From assembly GCF_000014785.1 (NCBI RefSeq), contig NC_008340.1, positions 990,001 through 1,022,000 on the forward strand: a stretch of DNA of 32,000 nt. Direction: 5' to 3'. The position numbers were made by a program, and so were the translations under genes. Shown piece after piece: positions 9,505-19,292 of this stretch. The stretch comes from Alkalilimnicola ehrlichii MLHE-1. GTDB taxonomy: Bacteria; Pseudomonadota; Gammaproteobacteria; Nitrococcales; Halorhodospiraceae. Positions within the stretch are counted from its first letter, which is position 1; each line of letters opens with the position of its first letter. The notes beneath the pieces were generated by a model that was not told the origin of the DNA, searched no databases, and saw only the letters and a list, made by a program, of their open reading frames with translations.

Positions 9505-9953
9505 ACGAGCATAACCTGCAGCCCTCCCTGGAGGCCCTCCGCGACCAGCTGCGCGGCTGGCCCTACGCCCGCTTGATCGGCATGGGTGTCGAACTGCGTA
9601 ACGGGGGGCTGGGCTTTAGGTTGACCTACCGCGATGAGCTGATCGGCAACCCGGCGTTGCCGGCGATCCACGGGGGTGTGCTCGGGGGGTTCATGGAGCT
9701 GGCGGCCCAGGCGCAGATCCTGTGGGAGGTGGGCCACGAGCTGGAAGGGTTGCCGCGGGTGGTGGATTTCTCCATTGACTACCTGCGGCCGGGCCGGCCG
9801 GAGGATGTGATGGCCGACTGCCGGGTGTGGCGCCAGGGTCAGCGGGTGGCGAACATCGCCGTGGTCGCCTGGCAGGGCGATCCGGAGCGGATCATCGCCA
9901 CCGCGCGCGGACACTTCCTGATGCCCGCCGCGGCGCACCCGCCCCGGTCCTGA
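9501..9953 (+). CDS. PaaI-family hotdog thioesterase, tandem paralogue
   Basis: LTYRDELIGNPALPAIHGGVLGGFMELAAQAQIL...VVDFSIDYLRPGRPEDV; ATGA 4-bp overlap with the preceding gene. Confidence 0.8.
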   Translation: MNEHNLQPSLEALRDQLRGWPYARLIGMGVELRNGGLGFRLTYRDELIGNPALPAIHGGVLGGFMELAAQAQILWEVGHELEGLPRVVDFSIDYLRPGRPEDVMADCRVWRQGQRVANIAVVAWQGDPERIIATARGHFLMPAAAHPPRS

Positions 9954-10034
9954 GTGGGGCAGGGCGGTGCGGAGGCCCCGTGCCGCACCGGGGCCGCACG
10001 CCCAAGCCCAGGGGCTGTCCCGGCACGGCCGGGG

Positions 10035-10658
10035 TCAGGCCTTGCCCTGGCGCTTCTCCCCCTGCTTTTCCTGGCTCTTGGCGGGGGATGCCTCCGTCTG
10101 TTTTTTCTCGGTATTGGCGGGGCGTTCCTCTGTCTGCTTTTTCTCGGTCTTGCCAGAGTGCTCCTCCGCCTGCTTTTTCCCGGACTCGCTGGGCCCTGAG
10201 GCCTTCGGCGCGGCCGTCTTGGAGGCCGGCGTCTGGCGCGCCTGGGGGTAGTCGGAGGGCTGCTTCGGGGGCGGTGTGCTCTCTTCGGTCCCGGCGGCGG
10301 TCTCGTCGGTCTCCGCATCTGCGGTGCCGTAGTCCAGCGCCTCCTCGCCCTGGCGGGCCGGGTCCGCCTCCAGCAACGGGCCGCTCGGGCCCACGCCCAG
10401 CTTACCGCTACTCTCCGCCATGTGGTTGTAAAGCGAGCGGTAGGCGCCGGTCATGTCCTTGAACAGCTCGGCGGTCTTCTCGAAGTGGTTGGTGACCTCC
10501 TGCTTATAGGCCTCGTGCTCGGCCCGGGTCTCTTCCAGCTGCTCCTCCAGCTTGTGCGACTGGCCGGAGCCCGAGCCCGTGGCACGGCCTACGACAAAGC
10601 CCACGATGGCGACGGCCACCAGGCCCAGAAAAATGATCAGCAGCTCTCCTCCGGTCAT
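10035..10658 (-). CDS. zapG: ZapG/YhcB-like (DUF1043) membrane-anchored protein with extended Lys/Glu-rich C-terminus
   Basis: MTGGELLIIFLGLVAVAIVGFVVGRATG... N-terminal TM followed by coiled coil LEEQLEETRAEHEAYKQEVTNHFEKTAELFKDMTGAYRSLYNHMAESS, typical of YhcB. Confidence 0.85.
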   Translation of the reverse strand: MTGGELLIIFLGLVAVAIVGFVVGRATGSGSGQSHKLEEQLEETRAEHEAYKQEVTNHFEKTAELFKDMTGAYRSLYNHMAESSGKLGVGPSGPLLEADPARQGEEALDYGTADAETDETAAGTEESTPPPKQPSDYPQARQTPASKTAAPKASGPSESGKKQAEEHSGKTEKKQTEERPANTEKKQTEASPAKSQEKQGEKRQGKA

Positions 10659-10746
10659 TGGTTTGGTACTCCGCCTTATTGATGAGGGTGCCCGATGAAC
10701 CATGCACCAAAGCCCCGGTCAGTGCAACGGCACGCCGCAAGGGGGT

Positions 10747-13700
10747 TCAGGCTTCCGCGGCACCGGTCAGCAGCCGTTTTATCCCCCTGCCGCAGCGGTT
10801 GGCAATCAGGTACAGGCAGGGCACCACAAACAGCGTGAGCAGCATGGCCGAGAGCAGCCCGCCCACCACCACCAGCGCGAGCGGCTGCATGAGGTCGGAG
10901 CCGGCCCCCATGCCGATCGCCAGCGGGGTCATGCCCGCCACCGTGGTCAGGGTGGTCATGAGGATAGGGCGCAGGCGCACGGCGCCGGCCTCCACCGCAG
11001 CCTCGGCGTCGTTCAGGCCGGCGTCGCGACGGCCGATCTCGATGTATTCCACCAGCAGTATCGCGTTGTTGACCACGACCCCGATGAGCACCACGGCGCC
11101 CAGCATGACCGGCGTGGTGAAGGGCGTGCCGGTCAGCCACAGCGCCAGCAGCCCGCCGGTGAGTGCCAGCGGTGCGGTGGCCAGGATGACCAGCGGATTG
11201 ACCAGTCGCTCGTACTGTACGGCGAGCACCGTGAAGACCAGGAGCAGCGACAGGGCCACCACCTGCAGCAACTGTTGCCGGGTCTCCTGTACGGTCTCGT
11301 CGGCGCCCCCGTACAACAGGCTGTAGCCGGCCGGCAGCTCGAAGTCGGCGAGGGTGTCGCGCACCATGCGGCCCGCCGCGCCCAGGTCGGTCTGCAGGCG
11401 GTCCACGTCGGCCTCCACCCGCAGGATCCGGGTCTGATTCTCCCGCTCGATGTGCGCCGGGCTGTCGCCGAGCACGAAATCGGCCAGCTCCCTCAGGTAG
11501 ACCGGGCCCCGGCCGTTGTCAGGGAGTACCGTGACGTCGCCCAGCCCGTCGCTGGTGGTGACCGTGCCCGGGGGCAGGCGCAGCCGGATGTCGTAGTCGG
11601 CGTTGGGGGTGCTGAAGCGGGTGGGGGTGATGCCGTCCACCGCCACCCGCGCCGCCCGGGCCGCTTCCTCGGCGGTGACCCCCAGCGCCTTGGCCCGTTC
11701 CCGGTCCAGGTGGATGCTGACCATGGGGGTGCGGTCGTCGCGGGCGATCTCCACGTTGGTCAGCCCCGGCAGGCGTTCCAGCCGGCGCACGATCTCGCGT
11801 CCGGCGCTGTCCAGTGTACGCAGGTCGTCGCCGACCACGCCGACGGAGATGTCCGCCTCCGACGGCCCCAGTCGCAGGCTGCGCAGGCTGGGTGGGCGCA
11901 CCACGGCGCGGCCGCCGGGAAAATCCTCGGCATCCAGCTCCGTCTGCAGTTTCCGCACCCAACGTTCGGCCGGCCAGTCGGGGCGCTCATCACCCGGCGT
12001 CAGTTGGATGGAGAAGCGGGCGGTGGCATTGCGGATGTTGAGAATGCCGCCATGCAGATGCCCCCCCACCAGACTGAACACGCTCTCCACATGGGGCATC
12101 CGCCCGATCACCGCTTCCGCCGTCTTCGCAGCCTCCAGCGTGGCCTCCGGCGGGGTGCCCGAGGGCAGACGGATGAAGGCGGAAACGCGCCCGTCGTCCA
12201 CCGGCGGCAGGAAGTCACTGCCGAGGTCCCGGGCCAGGAAGGCGGAACTGCCCAGCAGCGCGATCGCCAGCCCCACCACCAGCCAGGGCACCCGGACGGC
12301 CCCCCGCAGCAGCCGGCGATAGCCCCGGGTGGTGGCCTCCAGTCCGGCGCCGAAGCCGCGTATGGGGAGGGTGTCGCTGAGACCGCTCTGCCAGCGCAGC
12401 CGGGCGAGCAGGGTGGTGAGCATGGGCACCAGGGTGACCGCCGCGGCCAGCGAGGCCACGATGGCGAAGGAGATGGTCAGGATTAACTCCCGGAACAGCA
12501 GCGCGGCGACGCCACTGACCAGCAGGAAGGGGGTCACCGCCGCCAGGTTGGTCAGGGTGGCGGCCAGCACCGCGGAGAAGACCTCGCGGGCGCCTTCGTG
12601 GGCGGCCGCCTCCGGCGACTTGCCGAGCTGCTCGCGGTGGCGGGCGATGTTCTCGCTCATCACGATGGCGTTGTCCAGCAACAGCCCCACCCCGAGGGCC
12701 AGGCCCCCCAGGCTCATCACGTTGAGGGTCAGGCCGCTGACGCCCAGCAGGGCAAAGGTGGCCGCCACTGCGATGGGGATGGAAAGGCCGATGGCCAGAC
12801 CGCGTCGCAGGCTGCCGAGGAAGAAGAGCACCAGCACCATCGCCAGCACCCCGCCGAGCAGGGCGGCCGTGGCCACCGCCTGCACCGAGCCGCGGATGAA
12901 GTGGCCCGGGTCCCGGGTGGTGGCGAACTGCAGGTCCTCGGTGATAAAGCCCGAGGCCTGCAACGCCTCCAGACGCGCCTGTACGGCCTCCACCACCTGT
13001 ACGGTGTTGGCGTCCGGCTGCTTGTAGACGGAGAGCTGGGTGGCCTCGCGGCCGTTCAGGCGGGCAAAGATGCGCTGGTCCTGGTGGCCGTCGACCACCT
13101 GCGCCACCTCGGAGAGGGGGATGCGCTGGTCGGAACCCGGCACGTCCAGCAGCACCTGGGCGATATCATTGACGCGGCGGAACCGCCCGTCGGTACGGGT
13201 CATTACGTCAAAGTGGGCGGAGGTGATCTGGCCGGCGGGCACGTCCACGTTTTCACTGACCAGGGCACGCTCCACGTCGGCGAAGCCCAGGCCGTAGCTG
13301 TTGAGTCGGGTCTGGTCGAGCAGCACCTGGATCTCGCGCACCACCCCGCCGGCCACCGAGACCGAACCCACCCCGGTGACGGTGTTCAGTTGTGGGGCCA
13401 GGCGGTTCTCCAGCCAGTCGCGAACCTCCGGTGGGGTGCGGGTGGAGGAGGTGAACCCCGCCTGGAAGACCGGGTCCTGGGCCGGGTCGAAGCGGTAGAG
13501 CCGCGGCGGCTCGATGTCCGGCGGCATCTGGGTGCGGGCGAGCTCCAGGTAGCGGGCCGCCTCCTGGATGGCCAGATCCAGGTCGCTGCCGTACTCCAGG
13601 AAGAGATTGACGTTGGTGCGACCCTCGGAGGCCCGGCTCTCCAGGCTCACCAGGTTCTCCACCGAGGCCAAGTTCTGCTCCAGCACCCGGGTCACCTGCT

Positions 13701-13920
13701 GCTCCATCACCTCCGGCGCGGCGCCGGGGTAGTTCACGGTGACCCGGATCTGCGGGTATTCCACAGCCGGCAGCAGGTCCAGCGGCAGTCGGCCTATGCT
13801 GTAGAGGCCCAGCAGGAGGACCAGAAAGGCGATGGCCAGCGTGCCCACCGGGCGCCGGATGGCGGCGTTTGCCAGGCTCCCCGGGCGGCTGTCGCGGAAG
13901 TCACGGGCCAGCCGGGTCAT
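10747..13920 (-). CDS. RND-family efflux transporter permease (AcrB/HAE-type)
   Basis: About 1057 aa; PVGTLAIAFLVLLLGLYSIGRLPLDLLPAVEYPQIRVTVNYPGAAPEVME, VLFFLGSLRRGLAIGLSIPIAV, NVMSLGGLALGVGLLLDNAIVMSENI; start MTRLARDF overlaps the MFP stop as ATGA. Confidence 0.95.
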   Translation of the reverse strand: MTRLARDFRDSRPGSLANAAIRRPVGTLAIAFLVLLLGLYSIGRLPLDLLPAVEYPQIRVTVNYPGAAPEVMEQQVTRVLEQNLASVENLVSLESRASEGRTNVNLFLEYGSDLDLAIQEAARYLELARTQMPPDIEPPRLYRFDPAQDPVFQAGFTSSTRTPPEVRDWLENRLAPQLNTVTGVGSVSVAGGVVREIQVLLDQTRLNSYGLGFADVERALVSENVDVPAGQITSAHFDVMTRTDGRFRRVNDIAQVLLDVPGSDQRIPLSEVAQVVDGHQDQRIFARLNGREATQLSVYKQPDANTVQVVEAVQARLEALQASGFITEDLQFATTRDPGHFIRGSVQAVATAALLGGVLAMVLVLFFLGSLRRGLAIGLSIPIAVAATFALLGVSGLTLNVMSLGGLALGVGLLLDNAIVMSENIARHREQLGKSPEAAAHEGAREVFSAVLAATLTNLAAVTPFLLVSGVAALLFRELILTISFAIVASLAAAVTLVPMLTTLLARLRWQSGLSDTLPIRGFGAGLEATTRGYRRLLRGAVRVPWLVVGLAIALLGSSAFLARDLGSDFLPPVDDGRVSAFIRLPSGTPPEATLEAAKTAEAVIGRMPHVESVFSLVGGHLHGGILNIRNATARFSIQLTPGDERPDWPAERWVRKLQTELDAEDFPGGRAVVRPPSLRSLRLGPSEADISVGVVGDDLRTLDSAGREIVRRLERLPGLTNVEIARDDRTPMVSIHLDRERAKALGVTAEEAARAARVAVDGITPTRFSTPNADYDIRLRLPPGTVTTSDGLGDVTVLPDNGRGPVYLRELADFVLGDSPAHIERENQTRILRVEADVDRLQTDLGAAGRMVRDTLADFELPAGYSLLYGGADETVQETRQQLLQVVALSLLLVFTVLAVQYERLVNPLVILATAPLALTGGLLALWLTGTPFTTPVMLGAVVLIGVVVNNAILLVEYIEIGRRDAGLNDAEAAVEAGAVRLRPILMTTLTTVAGMTPLAIGMGAGSDLMQPLALVVVGGLLSAMLLTLFVVPCLYLIANRCGRGIKRLLTGAAEA

Positions 13921-15008
13921 CCGTCGTCCCCGGCATACCATTGGATGACCCGCACCCGGTCACCTTCGTTGAAGGTGAGCGGATTGACCGCCAGCACCAC
14001 CTCGCCCGTTGCCAGGCCCTGCAGGATCTCGGTCCAGCCGCGGCGACTGACGCCCGCCTGCACCTCGCGCTGCTCCAACTGCCCGTTGGCGATCACATAG
14101 ACATAGTGCTCGCCCGGCGCTGCCGCTCCGAGCGCCTGCGAGGGCACCGCCAGGCGGCCGGGGCGCGGGTCCACCATCAGTGTGACCCGGGTCAGGTAGC
14201 CGGGGCGCAGGCGCCCGGCCGGGGTCTCCGCGTCGATCGCCACCTCGACGGTCACCAGCCGACTGGATGGATCCGCGCTGGGGTGGATGCGCCGGATCTC
14301 GCCCGCGATGGGTTCACCGCCCAGGGCGTCGGGCCGCAGGAGGGCCGTCTGGCCCCGCTGCAGGTGCTGGATGTCCAGCTCCGAGACCCCGATGCGGGCC
14401 AGCAGGGTGTCCACCTCCGCCAGTTCGAACAGCAGATCGCCGCTACCGATGCCGTCGCCGGCCTCCACGGGGCGATGCAGGACGGTGCCGTCCAGCGGGG
14501 CCCGCACCTCGCCGTGGCGGACCCGGGCCCGCCAGAGCTCGCGCTCGCTCTGCGCCACCCGCAGCTCCGCCTCCATCGCTTCGAACTCGGCGGTCGAGGC
14601 CAGGTCCCGTTCCCGCAGTCGACGGTAGCGCTCATAGCGGGCCTCGGCATCCACCAATCGGGCCTCCGCGCGGGCAAGCTCCGCGCGCTGCTCGCTGACG
14701 TCGATTCGGGCCAGCAACTCCCCCTCTGCCACGCGGTCGCCCACCTCGGCATCCAGCTCCGAGAGCGCCCCCGCGATACGGCTGGTGACCCGTACGCGCC
14801 GGAGCGGCTCCAGGTTGCCCGCCACCGAAACGCGGCGGGAGAGGTCCCGGGGCGTGATCTCCACCCCGATAACCGGGGTGGCGCGCGGGGCGTCGCGGTC
14901 ATTGTCATCGGCCCGGGCGTCGCTCGGGCCGACGCCGGCGAGCAGCCCCAGCAGCAATAGCAGCGCGGGGAGGCGGGGCGCGACGGTTGTGCGTGGCGGA
15001 TAAGGCAT
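13917..15008 (-). CDS. RND efflux periplasmic adaptor (HlyD/MFP family)
   Basis: Signal peptide; VSVAGNLEPLRRVRVTSRIAGALSELDAEVGDRVAEGELLARID, APLDGTVLHRPVEAGDGIGSGDLLFELAEVDTL; upstream of and overlapping the RND permease. Confidence 0.92.
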   Translation of the reverse strand: MPYPPRTTVAPRLPALLLLLGLLAGVGPSDARADDNDRDAPRATPVIGVEITPRDLSRRVSVAGNLEPLRRVRVTSRIAGALSELDAEVGDRVAEGELLARIDVSEQRAELARAEARLVDAEARYERYRRLRERDLASTAEFEAMEAELRVAQSERELWRARVRHGEVRAPLDGTVLHRPVEAGDGIGSGDLLFELAEVDTLLARIGVSELDIQHLQRGQTALLRPDALGGEPIAGEIRRIHPSADPSSRLVTVEVAIDAETPAGRLRPGYLTRVTLMVDPRPGRLAVPSQALGAAAPGEHYVYVIANGQLEQREVQAGVSRRGWTEILQGLATGEVVLAVNPLTFNEGDRVRVIQWYAGDDG

Positions 15009-15117
15009 GGGCGAACACCAGAAGGCTCAGGGTCTCGATTGTAGCGCCGGGCGGGGGCGGACGTCCGCCCGGAATCGCGCCTGGCCCCCGGGCGGGCCGC
15101 CATTGCCCATCGGGTAC

Positions 15118-15145
15118 TTCACTTTGCCCGCAAAACCGGTACAAT
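15118..15145 (+). promoter_or_regulatory. Candidate sigma-70 promoter for the rpsP operon
   Basis: TTCACT - 16 bp - TACAAT, about 86 bp upstream of rpsP ATG. Confidence 0.55.
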
Positions 15146-15230
15146 GCCCGGCTTACTCAAGTTTGCCGTGGCCGTGTCTGCATCATCAGGTGGGCACGGC
15201 TTTGTTCAGTTGAAGAGGTTGGTTTACGCA

Positions 15231-15497
15231 ATGGTAACCATTCGTCTGGCGAGGACCGGAGCCAAGAAGCGCCCGTTTTACCACATCGTGGTGACGGACA
15301 GCCGCAACCCCCGTGATGGCCGCTTCATTGAGCGCCTGGGCTTTTTTAACCCCATTGCCGCCGGCAAGGAAGAGCCCCTGCGGGTGGACGTGGAGCGCGC
15401 GCGCCACTGGCTGGACAAGGGGGCCCGCCCGTCCGAGCGTGCCGCCCAGCTGCTGCGCAAGGCGGAGAAGCAGGGCGCTGCCGAGGCTGCCGAGTAA
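15231..15497 (+). CDS. rpsP: 30S ribosomal protein bS16
   Basis: [43 protein letters not shown]. Confidence 0.99.
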   Translation: MVTIRLARTGAKKRPFYHIVVTDSRNPRDGRFIERLGFFNPIAAGKEEPLRVDVERARHWLDKGARPSERAAQLLRKAEKQGAAEAAE

Positions 15498-15513
15498 CAC
15501 GGCATTGCACGGT

Positions 15514-16026
15514 ATGGAGGGGGCCGACGACATCGTTCCGATGGGCGAGGTGGTCGGTCTGCATGGCGTGCGGGGCTGGGTGAAGGTGTACTCCCACACC
15601 GAGCCGCGTGAGGCCATACTGGATTACCCCCATTGGTATCTGCGCCGTGACGACGGCGACTGGGTGCCAGTGGAGCGCACCGCGGGGCGCTGCCAGGGGA
15701 AGGGCCTGGTGGCCGCCTTCCGGGACGTGGAGGATCGCGACCGGGCACGGGCCTACATCGGCCTGCAGATTGGCGTGCCGCGGCGTGATCTGCCCGAACT
15801 GCCCGAGGGGCAGTACTACTGGGCGGACCTGGAGGGGCTGGCCGCCTATACGACCGGCGGGGAACCGCTGGGACGGGTGTCACACCTGTTTGCCACCGGC
15901 GCCAACGACGTGTTGGTGTTGCAGGGCGACCGGGAGCGGCTGGTGCCCTTCGTGTACGGTCAGACGGTGCGCCGGGTGGACCTGACCGCCGGACGCATCG
16001 AGCTGGACTGGGACCCTGATTTTTGA
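15514..16026 (+). CDS. rimM: Ribosome maturation factor RimM
   Basis: [22 protein letters not shown]..., [37 protein letters not shown]; between rpsP and trmD. Confidence 0.97.
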   Translation: MEGADDIVPMGEVVGLHGVRGWVKVYSHTEPREAILDYPHWYLRRDDGDWVPVERTAGRCQGKGLVAAFRDVEDRDRARAYIGLQIGVPRRDLPELPEGQYYWADLEGLAAYTTGGEPLGRVSHLFATGANDVLVLQGDRERLVPFVYGQTVRRVDLTAGRIELDWDPDF

Positions 16027-16043
16027 CGGCCAGAGAGCGGAAC

Positions 16044-16826
16044 ATGGGTGAGTCCGGGGCGGACACCGGCGGCTTGCACCGGATCGACGTGATCACCCTC
16101 TTCCCCGAGTTGGTCGCGGCGGTGGGGCACCACGGTATCACCGGCCGGGCGGTGGAGCGGGGGCTGCTGGAGCTCCAGCTCTGGAATCCGCGGGACGATG
16201 CGAGCGACCGGCACGGCACCGTGGACGACCGCCCCTACGGCGGCGGCCCCGGGATGGTCATGAAGGTGGAGCCGCTGGCCACCACCCTGCGCAAGGCGCG
16301 GGCCGCCAGCACACTCCCGTCGCGGGTCATCTACCTGAGCCCGCAGGGGCGCAGGCTGGACCAGGCCGGGGTGCGCGAGCTGGCGGACGAGCAGCGGCTG
16401 ATCCTGATCTGTGGCCGCTACGAGGGCATCGATGAGCGGGTGATCGAGGCCGAGGTGGACGAGGAGTGGTCCATCGGCGACTACGTGCTCAGCGGCGGCG
16501 AACTGCCGGCCATGGTGATGGTGGACGCCCTCACCCGGATGATTCCCGGCGCCCTGGGCCACCAGGATTCCGCGGAGGAGGACAGCTTCACCGACGGGCT
16601 CCTGGACTGCCCGCACTACACCCGGCCGGAGTGCTGGGAGGGGCGACAGGTGCCCACGGTGCTGCTCTCCGGGGATCACGGCCGGGTGGCGCGCTGGCGG
16701 CGCAAGCAGGCGCTGGGTCGGACCTGGCTGAGGCGGCCGGAATTGCTGCGGGAGCGGGAGCTGGACGATAATAGCCGCCGGCTTCTGGAAGAATTCATTG
16801 ATGAGCACCGGGCAGCGGACCGGTAA
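16044..16826 (+). CDS. trmD: tRNA (guanine-N1)-methyltransferase TrmD
   Basis: [71 protein letters not shown]. Confidence 0.98.
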   Translation: MGESGADTGGLHRIDVITLFPELVAAVGHHGITGRAVERGLLELQLWNPRDDASDRHGTVDDRPYGGGPGMVMKVEPLATTLRKARAASTLPSRVIYLSPQGRRLDQAGVRELADEQRLILICGRYEGIDERVIEAEVDEEWSIGDYVLSGGELPAMVMVDALTRMIPGALGHQDSAEEDSFTDGLLDCPHYTRPECWEGRQVPTVLLSGDHGRVARWRRKQALGRTWLRRPELLRERELDDNSRRLLEEFIDEHRAADR

Positions 16827-16848
16827 ATCGAGAACCGAGGGTACAGGC

Positions 16849-17202
16849 ATGAACATCATCGAGCAGCTCGACAAGGAGCAGATGGCGGCCCGCGAGGCCA
16901 AGATTCCCGAGTTCGGTCCCGGCGACACCGTGACCGTCCAGGTCTGGGTGAAGGAAGGCGGTCGTGAGCGTCTGCAGGCCTTCGAGGGCGTGGTGATTGC
17001 CAAGCGCAACCGCGGCATCAACAGTGCCTTCACGGTGCGCAAGGTCTCCCATGGTGAGGGCGTCGAGCGCGTCTTCCAGACCTACAGCCCGATCATCGAG
17101 AGCGTGAAGGTCAAGCGCCGGGGTGACGTGCGCCGCGCCAAGCTTTACTACCTGCGCGAGCGCAGCGGCAAGTCTGCCCGCATCAAGGAAAAGGTGAAGT
17201 AA
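16849..17202 (+). CDS. rplS: 50S ribosomal protein bL19
   Basis: [12 protein letters not shown]...[63 protein letters not shown]. Confidence 0.99.
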   Translation: MNIIEQLDKEQMAAREAKIPEFGPGDTVTVQVWVKEGGRERLQAFEGVVIAKRNRGINSAFTVRKVSHGEGVERVFQTYSPIIESVKVKRRGDVRRAKLYYLRERSGKSARIKEKVK

Positions 17203-17253
17203 GGCGGCGGGTGCCCGTCCGCCGGGGTGTTGCCTCCGGCGGGCCCCGTCAAC

Positions 17254-17294
17254 AGGAAGCCCCCGGTGGCTACGCCATCGGGGGCTTCCTGTTT
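17254..17294 (+). terminator. Intrinsic terminator after rplS
   Basis: AGGAAGCCCCCGGTGG-CTACG-CCATCGGGGGCTTCCT: 16-bp stem with one G-U-type mismatch, followed by GTTTG (weak U-tract). Confidence 0.75.
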
Positions 17295-17411
17295 GCTGCC
17301 GCTACGATCGGGCGGTTTAGCTGAGTGTGGTGATCGCCCGTTCCGCACGTTCGCCCCGGTCCGCCCCAAAGCCGGCGCGCTGGGCGACCGGCCCGGCCAC
17401 GGCGCCGGTCG

Positions 17412-17891
17412 TCAGGCGCTGGTGATGCATCGCCCGGGCCCGGCGCCCCCTTGGGCGCCGTCCCGCCCGTAGGTGACCCCCTGGGCGGGGGCCCCGGTCA
17501 GGATGGCAAGGATGCCGGCGGTCTGCTCCAGGCTGCGGTGGATCAACCGGCCGTTGGCCTCGTTGCTGCGCTGTAGTGCCTGCAACTGGCGGGTCAGGGC
17601 CTGCCACTCCGCCTCCAGGCCGGCGTCCGACCGCTCGCGCAGCAGACGGCGCATGCCCTCCGGGTCCGGCGCATAGCCCAGCGCCCAGGCCGCCTCCGCG
17701 CGCTGGCGCTCCGCCGCTTCCAGCGTCGCCAGCGCCTCCAGCTTCTCGGGCATCAACGCGGTAAGGCCCTCGGGGTCGCGCTGCTCCAGCAGGCCGCGCT
17801 CCCGTTCGAGCACCGCCATGACCGTGTGCGCACACTCCTGGCAGCGTTGCAGGCTGTCACGGAGGCGGTCATCCTGGTCAGAGTCGGTCAT
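17412..17891 (-). CDS. flgN: FlgN-type flagellar export chaperone
   Basis: Helical, charged ~159 aa protein (MTDSDQDDRLRDSLQRCQECAHTVMAVLERERGLLEQRDPEGLTALMPEKLEALATLE...) directly downstream of flgM. Confidence 0.85.
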   Translation of the reverse strand: MTDSDQDDRLRDSLQRCQECAHTVMAVLERERGLLEQRDPEGLTALMPEKLEALATLEAAERQRAEAAWALGYAPDPEGMRRLLRERSDAGLEAEWQALTRQLQALQRSNEANGRLIHRSLEQTAGILAILTGAPAQGVTYGRDGAQGGAGPGRCITSA

Positions 17892-17933
17892 AAGCCGTCG
17901 TCCTCACGGTGCCGGGGGCGGCCTGCCGCCCGG

Positions 17934-18254
17934 TCAGTCGTTCAGGAGGTTCTCCAGTTCCACCATGCGGCTGGCGATCCGCTCCGCATCCACCGGATAC
18001 TCGCCGTTGGCGATGCGCTCTTTCAGCGCATCGACCCGCTCCCGGTTCACCTCCGGGGTGGCGTCGATCTGCTGGCGCACGGCCTGCAGCCGGTCGGAGA
18101 CCGCGGCCTGGTCGGCGGCGGGGCGCTCGCCGGCAGCCGATGACCGCTCGCCGGCGCCGTCCTGCCGGGTGCTGCCACCTGCCTTGCCGGCATTGCCCGG
18201 GGTCAGTCCCGGGGTGGCCGGGAGCCGGTTGCCGTTGTTGATGGGATCCGTCAT
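17934..18254 (-). CDS. flgM: Anti-sigma-28 factor FlgM
   Basis: MTDPINNG...AVSDRLQAVRQQIDATPEVNRERVDALKERIANGEYPVDAERIASRMVELENLL, typical FlgM C-terminus. Confidence 0.95.
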   Translation of the reverse strand: MTDPINNGNRLPATPGLTPGNAGKAGGSTRQDGAGERSSAAGERPAADQAAVSDRLQAVRQQIDATPEVNRERVDALKERIANGEYPVDAERIASRMVELENLLND

Positions 18255-18324
18255 TGTGCTCTCTCCGTCCAGAATCTTGACTCAGCGTTGCCCGGGGTGG
18301 GGCTGAGCGGTCACTCTGGATAGT

Positions 18325-18351
18325 CAATCGGCCGATCGTCCGGAAACTTTA
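18325..18351 (-). promoter_or_regulatory. Candidate sigma-28 (FliA) promoter for flgM-flgN
   Basis: On the minus strand: TAAAGTTT-N11-GCCGATTG (consensus TAAAGTTT-N11-GCCGATAA). Confidence 0.85.
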
Positions 18352-18405
18352 GCCGGCTATCGCTGATTTGAGAATATGCGAAAACCGTGCCGGTGGCGAT
18401 GCCCC

Positions 18406-19122
18406 TCACCGACCGACCTCCACCAGGGATTCGCCGGCCACCCGGCCCTCGACCACTCGCCCGGAGCTGCCCGCCTCGACCCGCACGATATCGCCCAGCA
18501 CGCCGCTCTCCAATGCCTTGCCCTGGCCGGTCACCTGCACCCTGCCGCCGCCCGCGCGCAGCGTGACACTGCGACCGCGCTGCACGAGCTGCGGTGCGGC
18601 CAGCGCGTTGCCGGCAATCAGATCGCCCCGGCGCAGCGATCGGCGCAGCTCCTTGCCGATGAGATGCTCGGCTTCGGTCTCGTAGGGGCGGTGCAGTGAG
18701 GCGAGCTGGCGGCGCTCGGTGGTCACACTGTCGGCCCTCAGGCGTTCGCCTCGGCGCAGCGGACGGGCGGCCACGAGGACCTCCACCTGGGTATCCACCC
18801 GGGCGCTGACATAGACCGTCCAGGGCTGGGTGCCGGTGCAGCGCACGCCCACGGTGAGATTGCCAACACCCCGATTATCGTGGGGAGAAAACGCCTCCAG
18901 GGCGCCGTCACAGGGGTGCAGCCGCAGGCGCGGGTCCAGCCGTCCGATGGTGATCTCCAGCTCGTCACCGAGCCCGGTAAATTGCCCCTCGACCCAAGTA
19001 GCAGCGGTGGACCGGATGTCGTCGAGCGACTGGCGCTCCGCCTGCACGGGACCGCTGGCCGTCAAAAAAATGGCTGTCAGCAATAGCCCGATTGTCCGGG
19101 GCGACACGGTGTGCCTGGGCAT
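18406..19122 (-). CDS. flgA: Flagellar basal body P-ring formation chaperone FlgA
   Basis: Signal peptide MPRHTVSPRTIGLLLTAIFLTASGPVQA, SAF-like region VLVAARPLRRGERLRADSV..., GDLIAGNALAAPQLVQRGRSVTLRAGGGRVQVTGQGKALESGVLGDIVRV. Confidence 0.93.
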   Translation of the reverse strand: MPRHTVSPRTIGLLLTAIFLTASGPVQAERQSLDDIRSTAATWVEGQFTGLGDELEITIGRLDPRLRLHPCDGALEAFSPHDNRGVGNLTVGVRCTGTQPWTVYVSARVDTQVEVLVAARPLRRGERLRADSVTTERRQLASLHRPYETEAEHLIGKELRRSLRRGDLIAGNALAAPQLVQRGRSVTLRAGGGRVQVTGQGKALESGVLGDIVRVEAGSSGRVVEGRVAGESLVEVGR

Positions 19123-19175
19123 TGTGGCTGCTCCGTCAATGAACCCTGTGGGGGACTGGGGTGGTGCAGGGTGAC

Positions 19176-19191
19176 AGCAGGATTCATGCCA
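19176..19191 (-). promoter_or_regulatory. Candidate sigma-54 promoter for flgA
   Basis: Minus strand TGGCATG-AATC-CTGCT with GG-N10-GC spacing (consensus TGGCACG-N4-TTGCW), 54 bp upstream of flgA. Confidence 0.5.
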
Positions 19192-19292
19192 GGGCACTCG
19201 GTGGCCGCGATCATTCCTATTCACTAAAACCTATGGTGGAATAGGGCCGTGGCCCTTCGCCGCCCGCATGCCGGCGGGCCGGGGCGGGGGCC

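Noticed and set aside
10702-14100. Large plus-strand ORFs (594, 500 aa) opposite the RND permease and adaptor
   Set aside because: Antisense of confident RND/MFP genes; low-complexity GC-driven translations.
15048-15072. GC palindrome GGGCGGACGTCCGCCC near the MFP/rpsP divergent region as an operator
   Set aside because: Perfect 16-bp palindrome but in a very GC-rich stretch, with no second copy or nearby regulator gene to support an operator call.
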